This document shows, one piece after another, positions 12,301 through 26,989 of a stretch of DNA of 64,000 nucleotides. The notes beneath the pieces were generated by a model. It was given only the letters and a program-made list of their open reading frames with translations, was not told where the DNA came from and made no database searches. This DNA comes from Octopus sinensis. Lineage: Eukaryota. Every line of letters starts with the position of its first letter. Positions within the stretch are counted from its first letter, which is position 1. The position numbers and the translations under genes are program-made. The stretch is taken from assembly GCF_006345805.1 (NCBI RefSeq), contig NC_043014.1:15934001-15998000 (forward strand). The letters are read 5' to 3'.

Positions 12301-15300
12301 TGCTCCAATCTTTTTGTTGTTATCACATACATCACAGTTGTTCACTTCCTTCTTTTTGCTGTCACCAATTTCATGTTGAAATTGCTCTGCTCCATTCCAT
12401 CTTGTTTTCATCACATTCAAGTCACAGCTGCTTCTCTGTCCATGTTGTCAACACCTCTATCTCACAGCTGCTCTTCATCTTCCTGATACAAAATCCAAGT
12501 TACACTTGGTTTGCTTCATGTTCCTGCAGTTTTCATATTCCATTCACGGTATAGCTGCTCTCTTCCATGTATTCGTTGTCACCATATACCAGATACAGTG
12601 GCTCTTTTCCATGCTGCCCTGATCACTACATCCTACAGTTGCTCTACTTCAATCTTTCTGTTGCCATCACATACGTCACTGTTGCTGCTGTCAAAACTTC
12701 TATTTCACCACTTTTTATGTCATCTTGTGATCACCCCACTACAATTCAGTTGCTCACTTTCATCTTCCTGCTGTCACCACATTCCAGTCGCAGCCGCTCT
12801 TCTGTTTGTCCCTGATGTCAACACATACATGTCACAGCTGCTCTTCCATGTTCTTGTTGCCAACACATCCATCATAGTTGTTCTTCTTCATCTTCCTGTT
12901 GTCACCAAATCCAAGCCACCATTGCTCTGCTCCATGTTCTCGTTACCACCACATCTTGATTACACCTCATTTTCTGCCATCTTCCTGCACTTTAACTCAT
13001 ACTTGCTCTCTTCCATGCTGTTTTGATGACCATAGCCCACAGTGGCTCTGCTCAAATATTTTTCTTGCCAAACATTCATTTCCATCTTCCTGCTCCCATC
13101 ATACACCAGTTAAAATTGCTCTGCTCCATATTCCACTCATCACCACATTCCCGTCAGAGATGCTGCACTCCATCTTGCTGTTTTTATTACATTCTGGTCA
13201 TAGTTGCTCTTTTGTTTCTTCCTTTTATCAGCACTTCTATGTCACAGCTGCTCCATGTCTGCATATTCCAGTCAGTCTCTACCATATACCAGTCGTCACA
13301 TGTCATTCAGTTACTCTTTAAATCTTCCTGTTGCCATTACAAACGTCATTGTTGCTTAGCTGTCACCACCTCTATGTCAAATTGGTCATGACACCTCAAT
13401 TCACAGTTGCTTTGCTCCCTCCCTCTGCTGTAACTACATTCCAGTTGAAGTTGCTCTGTTCTATGTTCCATTCATCATTTTGCTATTGTCACTACATTCT
13501 AGTCATAGTTGCTCTTCTGTTTGTTCCTGTTGTCAACAACTTTATCTCACAGTTGCCCCTCTGCATATTCCTGCCGTCATCATAACCACCACAGTTGCTC
13601 TGCTCCATGTTTCTCTTTTCAACAAATCCCAGCCATTGCTGCCCTGTTCCATGATGTCGTCATTACCAAATGCAGTTACCCTTTATCATCACCAGTTCTC
13701 AAGTAGAGTTGCACTTGTGTATCTTCATATCACTACATGCCAGTCACAGTTGCTCGTCCATCTTCCTGCTGTCCCTTGCTGCACATTCCTGTTGTTACCA
13801 CACTCCAGTCACTGTTACCCTGCTCCATGTTCCACTCATTTCCACAATTTAATCATAGGTGTTCTACTCCACCTTGCTGTTATCAACACATTCTACTCAC
13901 AGTTGCTCTTCTCAATGTTCTTGTTGCCATCACATGTCACAGTTGTTCTGCTCCACATTCTTGTTGAAACCAATTCTCAGTCAACTTGCTATACTCCATC
14001 TAGTCATCACCACCTGACGGCTGGTCCACTTTATCTTCCTTCTGTAGTATCACCTGAATTCAAAGCTCATCCATATTCCTATTGCCACCACAACCCAGTG
14101 ACATTTGCTTTGCTTCATGCTCCTGTTGTCAATAAATCCTAGTCACTTCTCTGTCAATGCTGTCACAGTTGCTCATTTTATTCTTCCTGTCACCAGACTC
14201 CAGTTGAAGTTGGTCTGCTCTATCTTGCTGTTGCCACCACATTCTGTTACACTTGCTCTTACTTTTGTTTCTACTGTTAAGACCTCTATACCACAGCTGC
14301 CCTTTTTCTGCATCAGTCTTCTTGTCACCAAATTGACTTCACAGCAGCTCTGCTCTATGCTTTGTAGTTTACAGATTCCTGTCATAATTGTTCTGCTCCA
14401 TATTCCTGTTGTCACCACATTCTGGTCATAGTTATCCTGTTCCACTTTGTTGTCATCACCTTCTGGTCGCAGTTGCTTTGCTCCATGTTCTTACTGCCAT
14501 CAAATCCCAGTCACAGTTGCTCTGCTCCTCTTTGATGTTGTCACCAGCTTCTTGTCATCAAAACCCACACCCAGTTGCTCTGCTAGAACTTGTAGTTGTC
14601 ACCACATGCTGCTTGCATTGCTCTGCTTCATGTTCAAGTCATAGTTGCTCTGCTCCATGTTCCTGCTGTCACCAAATCCCAGTCACAGTTGCTCTGCTCA
14701 TCCTCCTCCTTGCTGTTGTCACCACATTCCAATTACAGTTTCTGTGCTCCATGTTCTTGCTATCACCAATACCCCCGTCACAGTTGCTCTGCTCCAACTT
14801 GCTGCTGTCACAGGATTCTGGTTGCAGTTGCTCTGCTTCACACTCTTGTTGCCACCAAGTCTAAGTCATAGTTGCTCTGCTCCACTTTGATGTTGTCACC
14901 AGCTTCTTGTCATCAAAACCCACACACAGTTGCTCTGCTAGAACTTGTAGTTGTCACCACATTCCAGTCACAGTTTCTGTGCTCCATGTTCATGCTGTTA
15001 CCAAATCCCAGTCACAGTTGTTCTGCTCCACTTTGTTGTTATCACCATCTTCTGGTCACAGTTGCTTTGCTTCTTGTTCCTGCTGTTATCAAAACCCACA
15101 CAGTTGCTCTGCCCCAACTTGCTGTTGTCACCACATTCTGGTTGCAGTTGCTCTGCTCTACTTTTTTGGTGTCACCATATTCTGGTCACAGTTGTTTTGC
15201 TTCTTGTTCCTGCTGTCACAGAATCTAAGTCATAGTTGCTCTGCTTCATGCTCCTGCTGTTATCAAAACCCACACATAGTTGCTCTGCCCCAACTTGCTG

Positions 15301-18300
15301 TTGTCACCATATTCTGGTTGCAGTAGCTCTGCTCCACTTTTTTGGTGGCACCATATTCTGGTCACAGTTGTTTTGCTTCTTGTTCCTGCTGTCACAGAAT
15401 CTAAGTCATAGTTGCTCTGCTTCATGTTTCTGCTGTTATCAAAACCCACACAGTTGCTCTGCCCCAACTTGCTGTTGTCACCACATTCTGGTTGCAGTTG
15501 CTCTGCTCTACTTTTTTGGTGTCACCATATTCTGGTCACAGTTGTTTTGCTTCTTGTTCCTGCTGTCACAGAATCTAAGTCATAGTTGCTCTGCTTCATG
15601 TTCCTGCTGTTATCAAAACCCACACATAGTTGCTCTGCCCCAACTTGCTGTTGTCACCACATTCTGGTTGCAGTTGCTCTGCTCTACTTTTTTGGTGTCA
15701 CCATATTCTGGTCACAGTTGTTTTGCTTGCTGTTGTCACCATATTCTGGTTGCAGTAGCTCTGCTCCACTTTTTTGGTGCCACCATATTCTGGTCACAGT
15801 TGTTTTGCTTCTTGTTCCTGCTGTCACAGAATCTAAGTCATAGTTGCTCTGCTTCATGCTCCTGCTGTTATCAAAACCCACACGTAGTTGCTCTGCCCCA
15901 ACTTGCTGTTGTCACCATATTCTGGTTGCAGTAGCTCTGCTCCACTTTTTTGGTGTCACCATATTCTGGTCACAGTTGTTTTGCTTCTTGTTCCTGCTGT
16001 CACAGAATCTAAGTCATAGTTGCTCTGCTTCATGTTCCTGCTATTATCAAAACCCACACATAGTTGCTCTGCCCCAACTTGCTGTTGTCACCATATTCTG
16101 GTTGCAGTAGCTCTGCTCCACTTTTTTGGTGTCACCATATTCTGGTCACAGTTGCTCTGCTTCATGTTCCTGCTGTCACCAAATCTAAGTAAAAGTAGCT
16201 CTGCTCCGTGTTCCTGCTGTCATCAAATCCCAGTCACAGTTGTCCTGTTCCATCTTGCTGTTGTTACAGCATTCCAGTCACAGTTGCTCTGCTTCACACT
16301 CCTATTGCCACCAAGTCTAAGTCATAGTTTCTCTGCTCCACTTTGATGTTGTCACCAGCTTCTTGTCATCAAAACCCACACACAGTTGCTCTGCTAGAAC
16401 TTGTAGTTGTCACCCACATTCCAGTTATAGTTTCTGTGCTCCATGTTCATGCTGTTACCAAATCCCAGTCACAGTTGTTCTGCTCCACTTTGTTGTTGTC
16501 ACCATCTTCTGGTCACAGTTGCTTGGCTTCTTGTTCCTGCTGTCACAGAATCTAAGTCATAGTTGCTCTGCTTCATGTTCCTGCTGTTATCAAAACCCAC
16601 ACAGTTTCTCTGCCCCAACTTGCTGTTGTCACCACATTCTAGTTGCAGTTGCTCTGCTCTACTTTTTTGGTGTCACCATATTCTGGTCACAGTTGTTTTG
16701 CTTGCTGTTGTCACCATATTCTGGTTGCAGTAGCTCTGCTCCACCTTTTTGGTGTCACCATATTCTGGTCACAGTTGTTTTGCTTCTTGTTCCTGCTGTC
16801 ACAGAATCTAAGTCATAGTTGCTCTGCTTCATGTTCCTGCTGTTATCAAAACCCACACATAGTTGCTCTGCTCCAACTTGCTGTTGTCACCATATTCTGG
16901 TTGCAGTAGCTCTGCTCCACTTTTTTGGTGTCACCATATTCTGGTCACAGTTGCTCTGCTTCATGTTCCTGCTGTCACCAAATCTAAGTAAAACTAGCTC
17001 TGCTCCGTGTTCCTGCTGTCATCAAATCCCAGTCACAGTTGTCCTGTTCCATCTTGCTGTTGTTACAGCATTCCAGTCACAGTCGCTCTGCTTCACACTC
17101 CTATTGCCACCAAGTCTAAGTCATAGTTTCTCTGCTCCACTTTGATGTTGTCACCAGCTTCTTGTCATCAAAACCCACACACAGTTGCTCTGCTAGAACT
17201 TGTAGTTGTCACCCACATTCCAGTTATAGTTTCTGTGCTCCATGTTCATGCTGTTACCAAATCCCAGTCACAGTTGTTCTGCTCCACTTTGTTGTTGTCA
17301 CCATCTTCTGGTCACAGTTGCTTGGCTTCTTGTTCCTGCTGTTATCAAAACCCACACAGTTGCTCTGCCCCAACTTGCTGTTGTCACCACTTTTTTGGTG
17401 CCACCATATTCTGGTCACAGTTGTTTTGCTTCTTGTTCCTGCTGTCACAGAATCTAAGTCATAGTTGCTCTGCTTCATGTTCCTGCTGTTATCAAAACCC
17501 ACACATAGTTGCTCTGCCCCAACTTGCTGTTGTCACCACATTCTGGTTGCACTTGCTCTGCTCTACTTTTTTGGTGTCACCATATTCTGGTCACAGTTGT
17601 TTTGCTTGCTGTCGTCACCATATTCTGGTTGCAGTAGCTCTGCTCCACTTTTTTGGTGTCACCATATTCTGGTCACAGTTGTTTTGCTTCTTGTTCCTGC
17701 TGTCACAGAATCTAAGTCATAGTTGCTCTGCTTCTTGTTCCTGCTGTTATCAAAACCCACACATAGTTGCTCTGCCCCAACTTGCTGTTGTCACCATATT
17801 CTGTTTGCAGTAGCTCTGCTCCACTTTTTTCGTGTCACCATATTCTGGTCACAGTTGCTCTGCTTCATGTTCCTGCAGTCATCAAATCCCAGTCACAGTT
17901 GTCCTGTTCCATCTTGCTATTGTTACAGCATTCCAGTCACAGTTGCTCTGCTTCACACTCCTATTGCCACCAAGTCTAAGTCAAAGTTTCTCTGCTCCAC
18001 TTTGATGTTGTCACCAGCTTCTTGTCATCAAACCCCACACAAAGTTGCTCTGCTAGAACTTGTAGTTGTCACCACATGCTGCTTGCAGTTGCTCTGCTTC
18101 ATGTTGAAGTCATAGCTGCTCTGCTCCATGTTCCTGCTGTCACCAAATCTCAGTCATAGTTGCCCTGTTCCACCTTGCTGTTGTTACCACATTCCAGTCA
18201 CTGTTACTCTGCTTCATGTTCTTGTTGCCACCAAGTCTAAGCTATAGTTGCTCTGCTCCATGTTTCTGCTGTCAGCAAATCCCAGACAGTTGCTCTGCTC

Positions 18301-19800
18301 CATATTGCTGCTGTAACCACATTCAGATCACAGTTGCTTTTGTTTCTTGTTCCTGCTGTCACCAAATCTAATAGTTGCTCTGCTCTATGTTCCTGCTGTT
18401 ATCAAAACCCACACACAGTTGCTCCGCTTACAACTTGCTGTTGCTCTGCTCCAGGTTTCTGCTGCCACCAAATATAACAGTTGCTCTGCTCCACCTTGCC
18501 GTTGTCGCTACATTCTGTTCACAGTTGCTCTGCTCCACTTTGTTGTTGTCACCACCTTCTGGTCACCAAATCTAAGTCGTAGTTGCTCTGCTTCATGTTC
18601 CTACTTTCATTAAATCTAATAGTTGCTCTGTTCCATGTTCCTGCTGTCATCAGAATCCACACCCAGTTGCTCTGCTACAACTTGCAATTGTCACCACATT
18701 CTGGTTGCAACTTATTTGCTTCATGTTCATAGATGCTCTGCTTCATTTCCTGCTATCATTAAATCCCAATCACATTTGCTCTGCTCCAACTTGCTGTTGT
18801 CACCACATTCCAATTACAGTTGCTCTGCTTCATGTTCCTGTTGCCACCAAATCTAAGTCATAGTTGCTCTGCTCCACTTTGTCGTCACCACTTCTGGTCA
18901 CAGTTGCTCTGCTTCATGTTCCCACTGTCACCAAATCTAAGTCATAGTTTTTCTGCTCCGTTGTACATTTATCACACACTCTTGTTACCACATGCATTAG
19001 TCACTTTCTATCATCATCAGTTCTCAGCTACAGTTGCACTCACTTTTCTTTATATCACTATATTCTAGTCTCAGTTACTGAATTCCATATTCCTGCTGTC
19101 TCCACACTTCACTTGAAGTTGTTCTGCACCAAATTCCAGTTGCTACTACCACATCTTGTCTGCACTTTATCTTCTGCATCCTCCTGTTGTCATCCCCTCT
19201 GATAGTTGCTCTGCTTCACTTTCCTACACCGTCAGCTGCTCTCATCCACCTTCCTGTTGTCAGCACAGCAGAGTCACATTTGCTCTTTTTCATTTCATGC
19301 AGTCAAATTCTCTTCGCAGTTGCTTTTCCTGATGTACCAGTTGTTATCACACACCAGATGTGGGTGTTCTCTTCCATGAACCTCTGTCACTGCTATCACA
19401 GCTCCTCATTTCTATCTCCCTGTTGCCATCACACTCCAGTTATAGTTGCTCCACTACATCTTGAAGTTGTCCCTAGATTCTCGTCATAGATGCTCTTCTG
19501 GTTGCTCCTGTTGTCAACACTTCTATGTCACAATTGCTCGTCTCCATGTTTCTGTTGCCATCACATATGTCTTTGCTTCATGTTCCTCTTGTCACCAAAT
19601 CCAAGTCACAGTTCACATGCTCCATGTCCCTGTAGTCTCCATATACCAGTCACAGCTGCTCTTTCCCATGTACCAGTTGTCACATGTCAGTCACAGTTAC
19701 TCTCTTCCTCAGACGTATTGTGTTCCTATTGCCATCATGTCAAGTCACAGAACCTCAAGATTGACTTCAGGTCAAGCCACAGAACCTCGATTATGGATTC
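9300..19800. repeat. ~10.5 kb array of ~44-bp units (consensus GTCACAGTTGCTCTGCTCCATGTTCCTGCTGTCACCAAATCCCA), degenerate at both edges
   Basis: The motif cagttgctctgctccatgttcctg.tgtcacca recurs throughout. The 44-aa pseudo-periodicity in + strand ORFs reflects a 44-nt unit read through three frames. Confidence 0.9.
14420..18960. repeat. Homogenised core of the 44-bp array with 176-bp (4-mer), 258-bp and 799-bp higher-order repeats
   Basis: The same anchor recurs at 15236, 15412, 15586, 15844, 16020 (offsets 176/174/258/176). Near-identical blocks lie 799 bp apart (16020/16819, 16343/17142, 16363/17162). Confidence 0.88.
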
Positions 19801-22800
19801 TCAACTTCATCTTGTCTGTACATATCATTCTCAAGAAGATTTAACTCTTTCTAGTTGGTGGATGACTATGTAGTGTCTCTTTGGTATCATCATAACTCGA
19901 CTATCAAGACTGTTCCACTTCGTAACATCAACAAATAGAGTCAAAATATCTAATTGATTTGATGACAATTTCATAATTACATATTTAAACAGAGGTAACA
20001 ATAGTAGAAAAGTACCCCATGAAGTTGGCACTAATCAATAGATTACAGGATTCATCACAATTGTTTTCTACTGACCTCAGTTTACTGCTTAATGCTGCTT
20101 CTTACTGTAGCAAGTTGCAGGTTGAAGATATCATGAGGCTGACATGTTCCATCCAAACTGATGCTCTCTCTCTGGAACATTTCATAAGTCTTCACTCACA
20201 TATTCTCTATTGAAGTCATCACCAGTGTTTTGTAAAGGTTGTTCCAGCACACAATTACCAATCAATTTATAGATGTTTCATCAAGCAGATGCTATTAATT
20301 TCCACTAATGTTCTGTCATGTTATCAATTTCTAATGTATGCTCCATCATCTGTCAATTTCCATTTATGATTCGTAACTCACAAGTTTCCTGTAGATGATC
20401 TGTTACCAGCTTGCAATCAGATATGTACAAGCTTCATTTTACAATTGCCAAATGCATATATGCTGTTATTGTACATAACGCCAGTTGACTATTAAAATTA
20501 TCTTTGAGATTCCTATATAACTGAAAATCAATCAAGCAAAAACTGCTTCTGATTTATGAAAGATAGTACATCTTGTGCTGAACACTGAATGTCTTTATCT
20601 CCATTTCACTGTCTCTTATATTGGCCTTGCCTATGCAAGATCATTCAATGTAAACATTAAGAGTCATCATATAAATTCATGATACTACACACTTCCAGGG
20701 TTATGTAGAAGACACTGTTCTTACTTTACCACTGTCAAAAGAAGTTCAGAGATACTAATGAAATTGGAAATGAATGTCACCAGCTTCCATTAAACATTTT
20801 GTCATATTCATCACTAGCTTCTATTAAATGGTCCATCATAGTTGCCACCACTAGTTGTCATCAGCTTCTGTTTGCAGTATGATAGTTGTCTTGATTTTAT
20901 GCACAATTACAGTTCTCACCAACTTCAATCAGCTGCTTCACTAGTTTGTCCCCAGTTTCCAGTAGGTATTTCACAACACAGCCACCAATCTTGAGATGAT
21001 TCGCGAAGACACTTGCTACCAGTTTCTTGTCAACGATGTTCCACCACGTAGTTGTCACCAGCTGTGTCAATTATAGATATCCTCATAAATTCTCTTTCAC
21101 AATCCATGGATTTTTCTTTTCTTTTCACATCTGAAGTTCAGCAGTTGATAATCATTGTTGTAACACAGTAAACACCTGGTACCAGATACACAAGTTCCCA
21201 CACCAAGACATGGTATTTGCAAAAGAAAATATCTGAAAAGAAAAAAAAAACTCACCGCTTCTTTCAAGCTTACAAATCAGCACTGATGTGCCACAGTCTC
21301 TTTAACATATAAATCTCTCAGATGTTCAAAGCAATCATCAACAATCATTAGACATTGCCATTGTATGTAGAAATACTGTTTTACATATTACAAACTGATT
21401 GGCTAAGATCAGTCACATATAGAAAATCAAACAAAACCTACTTCCACTTCTTGTCCCTCAAGTCACCAATGGTAAGCAGCAACCTTAGATACCTCAGGAT
21501 AGTGTTATTTTCATCAGTTTTCACCAGCTTCCAAAAGATGGTCCACAGATGCCACCAACTTCTTTCATGTTCTGCCAGTTTCCTCAAGTTTCTTGTTAGT
21601 TACATACACATTCAATTTTGTAGATACCAATAGCCTGAAAATAAAGTAAAACAAACCTCCGCTTCTTTTTGCTTCACAAGTCACCACTCAGTCACAGGGC
21701 TATCATCAGATTCTGCTCTATGCTTCCATAGTCTTCATGCAGTCACAACTTCTCTGCTCCATATTCCATACTTATCTATAGTTGCACATGTTCCACCAAT
21801 TGAAATAAGCAGCCATTAGATGATATACTATTATCACCAGCCTCCTTGAATGTTCCATCAGTCATCTCTAGTTTGTTAGTCACATGACCAGTCACTTTTG
21901 TAAATTCATGGATGCTGAATATTGATCTGGTACCAATAGCATGAAAATGAAGTAAAACAAACTTCCACTTTCATCAGAAGCTCCATTGAGATTTGCTACC
22001 AGTTTCCATTACACAACTCACTAACCACCAGTACGTGGTCTGTTTCCCACCAAATGCACCACAATCTTTACTAACTTCCATCAGATGCTCCAATTGAGAT
22101 TTAGCAGCAGTTTCCATTTCGATTGTCAAAGACTACCAGTTTTCATCTAATATTTCACCACAAATTCTGCCGAGGTCGACTTTGCCGTTCATCTTTTTGG
22201 GGGTCGATAAATTAAGTACCAGTTGCATATTGGGGTTGATGTAATCGACTCCCCCACCAATTTTGGGGCTATGTGCCTAGAGCAGAAAATATTTCACCAC
22301 AATTTTTACCATCTTCTATCAAATGTTTTGTTGCAGTTGGCACTAGCTCTCATTAGACCAGTTGGATTGCTTCATCATATTGTCATCAGTATGAAGATGT
22401 TCCACTATTTAGTTTTAACCAATTTTTTGTTGATGTTCTACCACACAGTTGTCACCAGCTTTGTCAATTATTGATGTGACCCACATTTTCACTTTGACTA
22501 TCATTTCATTTTTTTTTTTCTTCATTTCATTTAGTTTCACCTCACGAGCTGTGGCTATGCTGGGGCACTGCCATATCAGTTGATCTTATTTTTCTATAAC
22601 TCTCCACATGCATAGTTCATCAGCTGACAGCCACTCTTGCTGCACACTAAACATTTGGTACCAAATACACAAGTTTCCACACAATAACAAGGTATTTATA
22701 AAAGTAAATACAAGCGAAAACCCCACCTCTTCTTCCAGTTTCACAAATCATCACCAGCTATCACATATGTTGGACACTTGACATCAGTAGTATGTGGAAA

Positions 22801-25800
22801 GTCTCTTGTTTTATATATCAATACTTGACTGCTAAGCATTATTCAAATGATAATAAACCTGAAAATGAAACAGAACATACCTCCACTTCTTGTTTCTCAG
22901 GTCATCATCAAGCTACAACTGTAGATACCTCAATGCAGGGCCATCATAAGGTTGGTATTCATTTTCAGATGCACATATTTCACCACAATTGTTACCATTT
23001 TCCATTTGGTGCATCACAGTCATTAGATGTTTTGTTCTCATCATCAGTTTCATTTGGCTGTTTCATCACAGTTAATTATTTCCAATCACTGTTGTTAATA
23101 TGTAGCTGCTAATGATCTGATACAAATAACCTGAAAATGAAGCAAAACAAGCCTCCACTTTTGTTTCACAGGTCATCACACAGCCTTAGATAGCACAGTT
23201 GTCACCAGCCTCTATCAGATGCTCCATCAGTATAGGACCATTATAAAGCTGGTATTAATCTTTAGTTGCACATATCCCATCCTGCTGAGATGTGTCAAAA
23301 TTAGATCCTCTATTGTTGTCATCAGCTTCCTTTGGATGTTTCATCAGTCATCTCCAGTTTCTTGTCGATTCCACATTCACTTTCTTTAATGTGTAGATAA
23401 CCTGAAAATGAAGCAAAAATGTACCTCCAATTGCTTCTGCTGCCAGCTTCCACTAGACATTCCAGCACAGTTCTCATTAGCTTCCATCAGATGTTTTATC
23501 TCAGTCAGTACACTGCTTCATCACAAAGTTGCCACCAGTTTTGTCAATTACTGAGATGCCAAAGAGGTCCTTCATGAGTGTAGTAAGTACCTTTCATCAT
23601 ATTCAATCACAATTGCCACCAGCTTCCAATTCCATGTTCAACAGCATCCATTATTTATCACAGGTCGTCCTTAGATTTTCCACCATACAACTGTCACCAG
23701 CTTCCATTGAATATACCACTTTGATCACCAGCATATAATAAGATATTCCAGCTCCTTCACACTATAATCAGTAACCAGATCTTCCTTCACAAAGTTGTCA
23801 CCAGCTTCATTAATTATGGATGTCAACACCTTCACTTTCACCATCTGTCAATTCTGCTGCACACCAAACACCTGGTACTAGACATTTGAGTACCATTCAA
23901 TGACAGGATAACTGCAACAGAAACTAGCTGAAAAGAAAATCTCACCACCTCTTTCAATCTCACAAATAAGCAATGATGTGCCAGTCTCTTCAATGCAAAA
24001 AGGTTGTCTCAAATGTTCAGATCACCAGCCAACATATATGATGTTGAACACTAGACATCACTCTGCTATAAGGAAATTCTTTTGTTTTACATATCTGTTG
24101 ACTGTCAAATCGTTGCATTACAATAATCCTGAAACTGCAACAAAAAAACCCCATTTCTTGTCTCTCAGGTCACCAGATAGTCGACTGTTATCACCAGATT
24201 CCATTAAACGTTCCACTGTTGTCACTGACATGTCATTTGCTTCCTTTGCATGTTGTAGTGTAGTTGTCAGTCACACACACATTCACTTCTGGTAAACAGG
24301 GGGATACCAGCAATTGATCAGATAATCTGTAAATGAAGCAAAACATACCTCCACTTTTTGTATCATAGGCCAATCTGTCAGACATCACTTTAAGATATTC
24401 CATGACGCTAGTTTCTATTAGATGCTCCATCACAGTTGTTCATAAGAATGTATCAACTTCCCTTGGATGTTCCATCAGTCATCACCAGTTCTGACATGCA
24501 TCTGTACATTCACTTTTGTTAATAAGAGGGTCCCATGATTGATAAGATGTCAACAACCTGAAAGTGATGCAAATAATACCTCCACATCCGTTTATTGCAC
24601 AGGCCAGTCTGTTAGACACAACTTTAAAATATTCCACGACACTTGCCACAAGTTTTCTGTAGATGCTCTTCTAAGATTTCACAAGGTTCCACTGGATGGC
24701 CTATCACAGTTGCTTTCATTAGATATTCTGTCAAATTAATCACCAGCTTACAATAGACATTCCATCTCAGTTGTCAAGACCTTCCAGATATCCTACCGCA
24801 ATGTCAACTTTCCAATACAGATGTCACCAGCTTCAATTGCACATTCTAGTAAAGTTCTCATTAGCTTTCATCAGATAATCTGCCATAGCTGTCACCAACT
24901 TTCATTCCATACTCCATCACAAGTATCCATTACTTATTGTGTTACACAACTGTCCTCAGAGATGTACATCACAGTTGTGGCCACTTTCCTTTCAGATATG
25001 TTCCATCAGTTTTCAATGGCTTCCATTAGGTATACCACCGCATTCATCACCAACTTCTAATAAATATTCTATCCCACTTTTCAACATAGTTGTCAGTTTT
25101 GTCAATTACAGATGTCATCCTCATATATTCACAATCAATCCTTTCTCTTTCTCTCACATGTATAGTTCAGCAGTTGACAACCGTTGTTACACAAACATCT
25201 GGCACCAGATACATGCAATGACAGGATATCTGCAAAAGAAAAATTCACTTCTTTGAAAATTCCAGGTTTTCCACAACTGTCATCAGCTTCCTTTGGACAT
25301 CTAATCCATTATTAGCAGTTCTTTTCAGTTGCATGCACATTCACTTTCACTAATATGTGATTGATCAGCTACCAATAACCTGAAGCTGAAGCAAATCATA
25401 CCTCCACTTCTTCCTCTCAGTCAATTACAACTTTTAGGATACTTAACACAAGTTTCCATTTTTTGTTTCACAAAGTCATCACGTTCATTAGACAGCCTGT
25501 TGCATTTGTCACTAGCAACGATTCCATGTCCTTCATATGGCAGTCATTATTTACCATGTAACACAGTTGTCGTCAATGTTCTAAAACAGAGCCATTACAT
25601 TTTCTTTTCAGATATGTTAAACCAGCTTCCTGTAGATTGCTTCATCATACTGTCATCAGTAGCCAGATATTTCACCAAAAACTGTCACCATTTTCCTTTG
25701 AAAGATGTTCCATGTGAATGTCAGTTTCTTCAATTATGTCACTATTAGAATTCCACTTTTCTCTTCTTCTCTCAAATGAATAGTCCAGCAGTTTATGTTT

Positions 25801-26413
25801 TATACAATACAATAACCACCTGGTACCAGATACAGTCACTGAATAGGAACTTTTGTATCTGTAATAAAAAACATCTAAAAACAAATCTCACTTCTTTCAA
25901 TCTCCCAAGCCAGTTTCCATTTCATGGTCATCACATTTGCAATCAACTTTCATCAGATGTCCAACCACTGCTGTCAGATCATCAGTTTCTATTAACTGTC
26001 CTGCCAGTTGCCACCAACTCTATACCAGATGACCTACCATAACTGTTACTAGTTTCCATTGCACTTATGGACAGACACATTAGATATCAAAGAGCCTAAA
26101 AATGAAGCAAAACAAACCACTTCATATCTCCCAGCTCAGCAGTCAGTCAACAACTGTGGATGTCTAAAGACAGAGTCATCATAACTTTGGTAATAATCAT
26201 CGGTTGCAACAAGCTTTCATTAAATGTTCCATCACACAGTTGTTATCAGTTAATAGTCAATGATAAATGTCATCCTCAGCAAGAAGAGAAAATACATAAA
26301 AAGAGCCTGCTAATCTCCAGATGTTCAATCACATTTCTCATCAGTCACCAGATGTTCCATCATGGCCACCATCAAGTCAAGAGATGTTCCATCAGTTGCC
26401 ACTATCAGTCACG

Positions 26414-26704
26414 AGATGTTCCATCACTGCCACCATCAGTGTCCAGATGTTCCACCACTGCCACCATCAGTGTCCAGATGTTCCACCACTGCCACCATCA
26501 GTGTCCAGATGTTCCACCACTGCCACCATCAGTGTCCAGATGTTCCACCACTGCCACCATCAGTGTCCAGATGTTCCACCACTGCCACCATCAGTGTCCA
26601 GATGTTCCACCACTGCCACCATCAGTGTCCAGATGTTCCACCACTGCCACCATCAGTGTCCAGATGTTCCATCACTGCCACCATCAGTGTCCAGATGTTC
26701 CATC
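26414..26704. repeat. 31-bp tandem array (CAGATGTTCCACCACTGCCACCATCAGTGTC), ~9 near-identical copies
   Basis: Directly visible. Confidence 0.95.
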
Positions 26705-26989
26705 AGTTGCCACCAGTCTCCTGATGCACCATCACAGTTGCCATATGTTTCATCACTATTGCATTCAGTCTCCAGATGCTGCATTGCAGTTGCCAGCCTC
26801 TAGATGCTCAATCATTGTTGGTGCCAGTCTCCAGATACACTACCAGTCTCTAGATGTACCATCACACATCACCAGTTGGTTGTCAATTATAGATGTCATC
26901 CTTATCTGCAAAAGAAAATATCTGAAAGCAAGACTCACCAGTTTCCATTAGATGTTTCAATGCTGTTGCCATCAGTCCCTAGATGAACC

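Noticed and set aside
26414-26704. miR-34 8-mer site CACTGCCA in every unit on the + strand
   Set aside because: Restricted to one small array, on the opposite strand to the other signals, and within chance expectation for seed matches.
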